A DNA stretch of 64,000 bases, from assembly GCA_965369655.1 (NCBI GenBank), contig CBDUQR010000009.1:1-64000 (forward strand). Direction: 5' to 3'. Source of the DNA: an uncultured bacterium (GTDB lineage: Bacteria; Zixibacteria; MSB-5A5; JAABVY01; JAHJOQ01). The notes beneath the pieces were generated by a model. That model searched no databases. It worked only from the letters and a program-made list of their open reading frames with translations, and was not told the origin of the DNA. This document shows positions 57,108-64,000 of this stretch, in pieces. Position numbers and translations under genes: made by a program. Position 1 is the stretch's first letter. Each line of letters starts with the position of its first letter.

Positions 57108-58926
57108 AATAAAGACACTGCCGGACAATCTGATAAACAAGATCGCCGCGGGCGAAGTAGTCGAACGACCCGCTTCTGTCGTCAAGGAACTGACCGAGAA
57201 CTCGATCGATGCCGAGGCGACTCATATCTCTGTCGAGATCGAGCGGGGTGGAACGAAACTCGTGAAAGTGACGGATGACGGAATCGGCATGACCTCCGAG
57301 GAAGCCGAACTCGCCGTGACACGGCACGCGACAAGCAAAATCGCATCGGTCGAAGATCTCTTTGCGATCTCGACACTCGGTTTCAGGGGCGAGGCGCTGC
57401 CGTCGATCGCGTCAGTTTCGATCTTCTCCATCACGACCCGTCGACGAGACTCTACTGAGGGCGCGCGAATTGTGATCGACGGTGGGCGTACGAAATCATC
57501 GGGACCATCCGGCTCGCCTCCCGGGACTGTCATTGAAGTCAGGGAACTGTTTTTTAATCTTCCCGCACGGCGCAAGTTTCTCAAATCGTTGACTACCGAA
57601 ACCCGTCAGGTGATGCAGGTGGTAACATCGCTCTCGCTTGCGCATCCGTCAGTCGGGTTCAGGCTCGATGCGGATGGCCGCAGTATTTTCGACTATGCGC
57701 CCGCTTCCAGCCCGGCACAGCGAATATCGGACGTCTACGGCGAGAACCTCTCGTCGCGATTCCTGAGTTTCGAGAAAGATACGGGTCAGATCAATGTGAT
57801 CGGCTTTATCTCGAAACCGGAAGACGCCAGGAGGCATCGGATGGAAGCGCGGTTTTTCGTGAACCGTCGTCCGGTATCATCGAGGCTGATCCATGCTGCG
57901 GTGATGTCGGCGTTCGGCGAACTGCTTCCGAAGGGATGTTATCCGCAGGGTGCGCTTTTCGTCGAGATTTCGCCCGATTTGGTCGATGTCAATGTCTCGC
58001 CCTCGAAGAATGAAGTTCGGTTCAAGGATGAACGGTCGGTATATCATGTAGTCTACCACACGGTTTCCGAGGCTGTCTCCAAGTCAGATGTGATTCCCGA
58101 AATTCCACAGGATGCCGGGGATGCCGGATCGGCGGAGTATATCGAGAGGGCGCGGACGGCTGTCGAGTCGTTTATTCGCTCGCATGAGAGCGGACTGGAT
58201 GATCGCTCGCAAGCCTCGTTATCGCTCGACACGAAACCTGAAGTGACCGTGTCTGTTAAATCGCCGATGCCAAATACACCCGCATCTGGTCGCGAGCATG
58301 CCGCTGCGAAACCGGGTCCGACTACTCCACCGCAAACTGCGAGGCCGTCTGTTTCGCCGATCAGACCGTATCGACTCGTTGGATTTTCGGACCTGTATAT
58401 CGTCGCGCTTTCTGCCGAAGCGATCTTTATTATCGATCAGCATGCCGCTCATGAGCGTGTGCTGTATGAAAAAGCTCTGGCGTCATTCGGCAAGTCGCAG
58501 ATCGTCGCGCAGAAACTCCTGTTCCCGGTCAATGTCGAACTCGATGCTGCGTCGTTCCAGGCGGCGGAGTCGACGCTTGATCGTTTCGAGAGCCTCGGCT
58601 TCGAGATCAGACCATTCGGCAGCAGGAGTGTGGCGATCTATGCCTCTCCGGCTGTTGCTCGCAATGCCAACCCTGAGATGGTTTTCCGAAACATCCTCGA
58701 TGATATATCGGGTTTCGAGTCGGAAGGCGAAGACATCAACAAGAAGATGGCGCAGAGTTTCGCATGCAGGGCTGCGATCAAGTCGGGGAATCGGCTGACC
58801 GAGGAGGAGATGGCTGGTCTTGTCGAAGATCTGTTTCTGTGCGGTAATCCTTATGTCTGTCCCCATGGCCGTCCCACTCTGATCAAGTTGAACAAGAGCG
58901 AGTTGGAGAAACGATTTGGGCGTTAA
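57097..58926 (+). CDS. mutL: DNA mismatch repair protein MutL (endonuclease motif present)
   Basis: IAAGEVVERP, GFRGEAL, DQHAAHER, CPHGRP. Confidence 0.98.
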   Translation: MTCRIKTLPDNLINKIAAGEVVERPASVVKELTENSIDAEATHISVEIERGGTKLVKVTDDGIGMTSEEAELAVTRHATSKIASVEDLFAISTLGFRGEALPSIASVSIFSITTRRRDSTEGARIVIDGGRTKSSGPSGSPPGTVIEVRELFFNLPARRKFLKSLTTETRQVMQVVTSLSLAHPSVGFRLDADGRSIFDYAPASSPAQRISDVYGENLSSRFLSFEKDTGQINVIGFISKPEDARRHRMEARFFVNRRPVSSRLIHAAVMSAFGELLPKGCYPQGALFVEISPDLVDVNVSPSKNEVRFKDERSVYHVVYHTVSEAVSKSDVIPEIPQDAGDAGSAEYIERARTAVESFIRSHESGLDDRSQASLSLDTKPEVTVSVKSPMPNTPASGREHAAAKPGPTTPPQTARPSVSPIRPYRLVGFSDLYIVALSAEAIFIIDQHAAHERVLYEKALASFGKSQIVAQKLLFPVNVELDAASFQAAESTLDRFESLGFEIRPFGSRSVAIYASPAVARNANPEMVFRNILDDISGFESEGEDINKKMAQSFACRAAIKSGNRLTEEEMAGLVEDLFLCGNPYVCPHGRPTLIKLNKSELEKRFGR

Positions 58927-59851
58927 GCGTCTCTCTGTTGTCACCGTCATCTACGGACCTACGGCTGTGGGCAAGACGACCGTTGCAATCGAGATCGCCG
59001 AGAAACTGGGTGGCGAGATTGTTTCCTGCGATTCGAGGCAGATATTCAAACATCTTGACATTGGCACTGCAAAGCCGACCGAAGATGAGAGGCGACGGGC
59101 ACGGTTTCATCTGATCGATGTGATTTCCCCGGATCGATTCATAAGCGCATTCGAGTTCAGGCAGATGGCTGAACAGGCGATTGACGAAATTCTGGCTCGC
59201 GGTAGCGTACCGATAATGACGGTCGGGACCGGGTTTTATCTCAAAGCCATGACTGATGGTATCTTCGAGGCGCCATCGGATGAACAGATTCGAGCGAAGC
59301 TCAAAGACGAGGCCAAAACTGACGGCAGCGCTTCACTATACGAACGGCTGAAGGAAATCGACCCGCAGACAGCCTCGGGACTCTCTGAGAACGACTCTTT
59401 AAGGATCATCCGGGCGCTTGAGTTGTATGAACTTACAGGCATGACGCGAAGCGACTTAGCTGAGAGGAATCAGCCTGGACCATCGCCATATCGCTTTGTA
59501 TTCGCAGGGCTTACGCTGGAAAGGTCGTTGCTGTACGAAAAAATCGACAGACGCTGCGAGGCGATGATCGAGACCGGTCTAATCGATGAGGCGAGGACAT
59601 TGCGGGAGAACGGGATACTGCCCGATGAGATCGCTGCGAAGATTGTCGGGTACGCCGAGGTCATCAGATATCTGGACGGACTCTGTGATAGCGATACTAT
59701 GCTTTCCGATTTCCAGCAGGCAACGCGGAATTATGCGAAACGTCAGGTTACATGGTTCAGAAAACACCCTGGAGGCAGGCAGTTCGGGGTCGAGAGTAAT
59801 TCAGTGGCAGACAATGTCTTACGGGTATTTGAAGCCGAATTGGAGCATTAG
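58916..59851 (+). CDS. miaA: tRNA dimethylallyltransferase
   Basis: GPTAVGKT, DSRQIF..LDIGTAKP, YAKRQVTWF. Confidence 0.95.
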   Translation: MGVKRLSVVTVIYGPTAVGKTTVAIEIAEKLGGEIVSCDSRQIFKHLDIGTAKPTEDERRRARFHLIDVISPDRFISAFEFRQMAEQAIDEILARGSVPIMTVGTGFYLKAMTDGIFEAPSDEQIRAKLKDEAKTDGSASLYERLKEIDPQTASGLSENDSLRIIRALELYELTGMTRSDLAERNQPGPSPYRFVFAGLTLERSLLYEKIDRRCEAMIETGLIDEARTLRENGILPDEIAAKIVGYAEVIRYLDGLCDSDTMLSDFQQATRNYAKRQVTWFRKHPGGRQFGVESNSVADNVLRVFEAELEH

Positions 59852-59926
59852 CGGATATTTTTTCGCGATTATTCCTGTCAAGTTGCTGAACGATAACCGA
59901 TAATGAGAGATAGAAAGAAAAATGCC

Positions 59927-59956
59927 TTGACAAAATCCAACACGTAAGAGTATTAT
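59927..59956 (+). promoter_or_regulatory. Putative sigma70 promoter
   Basis: TTGACA-N18-TATTAT. Confidence 0.45.
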
Positions 59957-60060
59957 GGCGTTGGCAGTCAAGGAGTTGTAACTCAGATCCGCCAGTGGAT
60001 GGCGGACACACTGGGATTCATCACATGTTCAGATGCAGATGCTCTGATTGAGGGGATGAT

Positions 60061-62295
60061 ATGCACAGATTTCATCGCTTGTCTCCAAAGCTGCTAATTA
60101 CGCTGGTTGTCCTGACCACTGTTTCCTGCACCAGCAGCAGTATTCGGTTTAGCGAGGAGCCGCAGACAAGCTTTCAACTGGCCGAAGACACCATGTCAGT
60201 CGCACAGACCGCAGTGCCCGACGAAGTCGCAACTGACACCATCTACGCCGACTCATCCCTGCTGGAATACTCCTACGTTGATGAAGAGCTTCAGTATCAA
60301 CTGGATCTCGCTGAAGAGAATTACATAATGGGGTATGCGGCCACACTCGACTCAAGCTGGCTGGAAGCGCAGTTCTATTTCGAGAGCGCGCTGGAGATTC
60401 TCGCTGGCCTCGATCTCGATCCGGAAGAGCCGACAGTTGCGGCAGAGTTGTACAACCGCCTTATCAACGAAGTAATTTCTGACTATAAGAGAACATTACT
60501 CCATATCGCTACTCTTCCGGGGGAGAGTTCGCCATCGGCGGTCATTGCCCGCTATGAAGAACTCGACTCGCTGGTGAATGGTGAGCAATTTGTAGCGGAG
60601 CCGCCGGAGCCGGATACGGTTGTTTTCGATATCCCGATAACATGGAATCAGAGAGTTGAGAATTGTATCAACTATTTCCAGAATGCCAGTCGGAAGCCGA
60701 TGGAAGCTGCTTTGAAACGATCAGGCAAGTACCTTCCGATGATGGAGAAGATAATTGCCGAGGAAGGACTCCCACATGATCTCGTGTACCTGCCGCTGAT
60801 CGAGAGCGGTTTCAAGACGACAGCTTACTCCTGGGCGCATGCCGTCGGGCAATGGCAGTTCATTTCGAGCACCGGCAGAATATACGGTCTGCATCGGAGC
60901 TGGTGGTATGACGAGCGCAGGGATTTCGAGAAATCCACTCGTGCTGCTGCGCGACACCTAAAAGACCTGTATGCAAAAACGGACGACTGGTATCTCTCCC
61001 TGCTCGGTTATGTTGCCGGCGTGGGGAATGTAAATAAGCTTATCAGGCGCAATAACACGCGTGATTACTTCGAAATGCAAATCAGAAACAGGGACATGCG
61101 AAACTATGTGCCCCTTTATTTGGCTGCGTTGATTATTGCCAAGCAACCTGAGCAATATGGATTCCATATCGAATACGACGACCCGATTGTCTTTGACACG
61201 GTAACTGTCGGCAGGTGCCTCGCACTCGAGGATATCGCAAAGGCGGTCGGATGTTCGCAAAGTGAACTCAAGGAGTTGAATCCCGAACTGCTCCGCAAGT
61301 ATACGCCTCCCGACAAGAAAAGCTATACGCTGCGCATTCCTCTGAAGAAAAGAGGCAGCTTCTGGGCAGCGTATCCGAAGATGAAATCGCCGAAAGAGAC
61401 AAGCTGGGTTCAGCACAAGGTGAGAAAGGGCGAGACAGTCTCGGGTATTGCGCGCAAGTATGGCGTCTCGCAATGGGCGGTCATTGACGCAAACGGCATG
61501 AGGAGACCCTACCGTATCAGCATAGGTCAGAAAGTCATTGTCCCGGTTCCACTCGATGGTTCGGGCACGCAGTATTCCTCCAAGCGCGAATCACGCGACT
61601 ACAATCTGACAAGCGGCGCCTATGTAGTCAAACGCGGCGATACGCTGTGGGACCTCGCGAGGGCGTTCGGCACCACGACCAAGGCGCTTCGACAACTCAA
61701 TCGTATAGCTCGCAACGGCAGGATTTACGTTGGACAGAAACTGAAGATACCGGGTGGTGCGACAGGATCAACCATGGCATCGACAGGTGGTTCTTCGACA
61801 TACTCCGGCTCGACCTTCACTTACAGTGTTCGCAAGGGCGACAATCTCTGGGACCTGGCAGAGAAGCACGGAACGACTGTATCGACCCTCAGGAAACTGA
61901 ACGGGCTGAATCGTTCCAGCAAGCTCGCGGTTGGGCAGAAGCTGAAGATTCCCGGCTCGGTGAAATCATCGTCGGGAAATCAGTACACATACACGGTCAG
62001 AAAAGGCGACAATCTCTGGAAGCTGGCGAACCGTAACGGCACGACAATATCGAAACTTCGCAGGATGAACAGTCTTCCCAAAGGTGCGACGCTGAAGATC
62101 GGTCAGAAGTTGAAAATTCCCGGGTCGGGCAAAGTATCGAAGGGGTCTGATTACTATATCGTTCGACGGGGAGACACTCTTTCATCGATAGCCAAACGTC
62201 ATGGCTTAAACATGAACACACTCATGGCCTGGAATAGCATTTCGCACCCGGACAGGCTTTCTGTCGGCAGGAAGCTGAGGGTGTCAACGGACTAA
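60061..62295 (+). CDS. MltD-like lytic transglycosylase lipoprotein with five C-terminal LysM domains
   Basis: Lipobox TVSC, LPLIES, GQWQFI, DERRD, five VRxGD/E..LA LysM units. Confidence 0.92.
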   Translation: MHRFHRLSPKLLITLVVLTTVSCTSSSIRFSEEPQTSFQLAEDTMSVAQTAVPDEVATDTIYADSSLLEYSYVDEELQYQLDLAEENYIMGYAATLDSSWLEAQFYFESALEILAGLDLDPEEPTVAAELYNRLINEVISDYKRTLLHIATLPGESSPSAVIARYEELDSLVNGEQFVAEPPEPDTVVFDIPITWNQRVENCINYFQNASRKPMEAALKRSGKYLPMMEKIIAEEGLPHDLVYLPLIESGFKTTAYSWAHAVGQWQFISSTGRIYGLHRSWWYDERRDFEKSTRAAARHLKDLYAKTDDWYLSLLGYVAGVGNVNKLIRRNNTRDYFEMQIRNRDMRNYVPLYLAALIIAKQPEQYGFHIEYDDPIVFDTVTVGRCLALEDIAKAVGCSQSELKELNPELLRKYTPPDKKSYTLRIPLKKRGSFWAAYPKMKSPKETSWVQHKVRKGETVSGIARKYGVSQWAVIDANGMRRPYRISIGQKVIVPVPLDGSGTQYSSKRESRDYNLTSGAYVVKRGDTLWDLARAFGTTTKALRQLNRIARNGRIYVGQKLKIPGGATGSTMASTGGSSTYSGSTFTYSVRKGDNLWDLAEKHGTTVSTLRKLNGLNRSSKLAVGQKLKIPGSVKSSSGNQYTYTVRKGDNLWKLANRNGTTISKLRRMNSLPKGATLKIGQKLKIPGSGKVSKGSDYYIVRRGDTLSSIAKRHGLNMNTLMAWNSISHPDRLSVGRKLRVSTD

Positions 62296-62305
62296 GAGGT
62301 TACTC

Positions 62306-63199
62306 ATGGCGCGTAAGCGCGACGTTATTGTCGGTCTCATAATCGCTTTCTGTTTTGTGGTCTTTGTCGGGATCATGGCTGTCGGTCTCATGGAGATGTA
62401 CGACGGCGGGCAGGACTTCCTGGCATTCGGCGATCGGATTGCTATCGTCGACATCTTCGGAACGATAGAGTCATCTAAAGATGCAGTCCGGCAGATCAAG
62501 AAGTATGGCGATGATGGGTCTGTTGCGGCTATTCTGATTCATCTCGATTCGCCCGGCGGGGGAGTTGCTGCGACTCAGGAAATATATGACGAGATCTATC
62601 GCGTGCGCGTGGAAGAGGAGAAACTCGTGGTTGCATCGATGACGTCGGTCGCAGCTTCGGGAGCGTATTACATCGCCTGCGCTACGGATATGATTATCGC
62701 CAACCCGGGCACGCTTGTTGGATCTATCGGGGTCATCATGCAGTACCCAGTAGTGGGCGAACTGATCAGCAAACTTGGAGTCAAGTTCGAGACCGTCAAA
62801 TCGGGCGAGATCAAGGATGTCGGTTCACCTTGGAGAGAGCCTACTGAACGAGACAGGGAGATGCTACAGGCAGCCATTGATGACGTATATGAGCAGTTCG
62901 TCGAAGCAGTGATGGATGGTCGTGATCTGACGCGTGAAGAGGTCATTGAAGTTGCGGACGGCTCGATATTTACAGGCAGGCAGGGCGTCGATCTCGGTTT
63001 GGTCGACAAGCTCGGGTCATTCGAAGAAGCTATCAGAATCACCGCTGAACTTGCAGGTATCGAGGGTGAGCCGAGGACAGTCAAGGAAAGGCCGAAAAGG
63101 CGAATGAGCATTTTCGATCTGCTGCAGGGCGGGATTGCCGATGTGCTCGAATCGAGCTTTCCAGACACTGGACCTGAGCTGATGTATCTGTACAAATAG
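62306..63199 (+). CDS. sppA: Signal peptide peptidase SppA (36K type)
   Basis: DSPGG, AASGAYYIA, GSIGV, GSIFTGRQ. Confidence 0.93.
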   Translation: MARKRDVIVGLIIAFCFVVFVGIMAVGLMEMYDGGQDFLAFGDRIAIVDIFGTIESSKDAVRQIKKYGDDGSVAAILIHLDSPGGGVAATQEIYDEIYRVRVEEEKLVVASMTSVAASGAYYIACATDMIIANPGTLVGSIGVIMQYPVVGELISKLGVKFETVKSGEIKDVGSPWREPTERDREMLQAAIDDVYEQFVEAVMDGRDLTREEVIEVADGSIFTGRQGVDLGLVDKLGSFEEAIRITAELAGIEGEPRTVKERPKRRMSIFDLLQGGIADVLESSFPDTGPELMYLYK

Positions 63200-63275
63200 A
63201 ACGTGTATGCCGATTTGCGAGGAATGCAAATAGAGGATTCAAGATAACAGCCCATGCCATTGAAGGAGGAGGGAG

Positions 63276-63566
63276 ATGACTAAGGCCGATCTGGTCGAAC
63301 AAGTTGCCGAGAAGACAGGGCTGACTCGTACCGACGTTGCTGTGGTTGTCGATTCGTTTCTCGATACGATCAAGCGAGCGATGGAAGAAGGTCACAACAT
63401 CGAGATTCGCGGTTTCGGTACGTTCAAGATCAAGCTCCGTAAGGCAAGGAAGGCGAGGAATCCACGCACCGGCGAAGTGGTCCCCGTTCCGGACAGGAAG
63501 GTGCCCGTGTTCAAGCCCTCGAATGAGTTCAAGAACATGATCACCAAGCTGCCGTTGGAGGAATAG
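63276..63566 (+). CDS. HU/IHF family DNA-binding protein
   Basis: MTKADLV, IEIRGFGTF, ARNPRTG, PVFKPS. Confidence 0.95.
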   Translation: MTKADLVEQVAEKTGLTRTDVAVVVDSFLDTIKRAMEEGHNIEIRGFGTFKIKLRKARKARNPRTGEVVPVPDRKVPVFKPSNEFKNMITKLPLEE

Positions 63567-63577
63567 TCAGAAATCGC

Positions 63578-63605
63578 TTGCGTTTTTCTTGGCGGAGAGT
63601 ATAAT
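63578..63605 (+). promoter_or_regulatory. Putative sigma70 promoter for the bS22-like gene
   Basis: TTGCGT-N16-TATAAT. Confidence 0.5.
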
Positions 63606-63658
63606 TACGGATCTGTGACTGGAAAAGGATAGTAGCTTTAAGCTCTTCAGGAGGATAG

Positions 63659-63754
63659 ATGCCTTCAGGCAAGAAACGTAAGAGACTGAAAATCAAGACT
63701 CACAAGAGAAAAAAGAGAAGAAAACGCGACAGGCACAAAAAGAAAATCAGATAG
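63659..63754 (+). CDS. bS22 / AURKAIP1-COX24-like small basic ribosomal protein (31 aa)
   Basis: MPSGKKRKRLKIKTHKRKKRRKRDRHKKKIR with a CAGGAGG RBS; below the ORF-track cutoff. Confidence 0.85.
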   Translation: MPSGKKRKRLKIKTHKRKKRRKRDRHKKKIR

Positions 63755-63784
63755 CATTCATTATGTGAGTGCCGACTCGATATG

Positions 63785-63810
63785 GGCCGCCGTAAGGCGG
63801 CCTTTCTCTC
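63785..63810 (+). terminator. Terminator hairpin between convergent genes
   Basis: GGCCGCC-GTAA-GGCGGCC followed by TTTCTCTC. Confidence 0.65.
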
Positions 63811-63825
63811 TTTGTCTCAGAAGAT

Positions 63826-63999
63826 TCACGCAGAGTACTTGCTCACGATGTAGTCCTTCTTGCCATCATCCATCACCGGCAGGTGACGGAATCGGTTCTC
63901 GACCATCGTGGCAATCATCACGCCTGCATCATCATCAGGTAATGCGACGATAGGATCTGTCGTCATCAGGCTCCTCACCTGAGTCTCAGTCAGCGAGCA
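63826..63999 (-). CDS. C-terminal part of a CBS-domain protein (runs off the window)
   Basis: Manual translation: ..QVRSLMTTDPIVALPDDDAGVMIATMVENRFRHLPVMDDGKKDYIVSKYSA*. Confidence 0.7.
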   Translation of the reverse strand, partial: CSLTETQVRSLMTTDPIVALPDDDAGVMIATMVENRFRHLPVMDDGKKDYIVSKYSA

Positions 64000-64000
64000 C

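Noticed and set aside
61820-62120. Similar DNA segments as a DGR template/variable repeat pair
   Set aside because: Explained by tandem LysM domains; differences are not adenine-specific

Overview
A mostly GC-moderate, chromosomal-looking bacterial window. The Zixibacteria-style dockerin repeats (IDIDDVxYLIxYIFSxGP) and repeated NYPNPFN/FlgD-Ig C-terminal domains suggest an FCB-group organism such as candidate division Zixibacteria; this is inference only. Housekeeping genes are efp, rnhC, hsp20-dnaK-dnaJ, xseA-xseB-ispA-nadK, lapA-lapB, mutS-mutL-miaA, an MltD-like LysM transglycosylase, sppA, HU and a bS22-like peptide. They alternate with secreted proteases and surface proteins, a GAF/hybrid-kinase/HEAT signalling block, and an Omp85 + PQQ-propeller pair. 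The most unusual observations are: (1) a layered family of tiny mobile DNAs, made up of REP hairpins, MITEs with 4-bp target duplications, and 24-bp and 27-bp micro-modules, with the 27-bp module also sitting in frame inside dnaK and a hypothetical gene as the peptide SVADPD(P/L)EG; (2) two paralogous microproteins of about 60 aa bracketing a stand-alone sigma70-r4/LuxR HTH gene, one behind an RBS-sequestering RNA switch; (3) a tightly coupled operon of Ser/Thr kinase, two CsgG-like TPR proteins, a beta-barrel, a cohesin lipoprotein and a dockerin-bearing protein; (4) a miniature HPD-less DnaJ; and (5) an Arg-tipped EF-P. The window begins with the 3' end of a group IIC-like intron. No CRISPR array, tRNA or rRNA was recognised.
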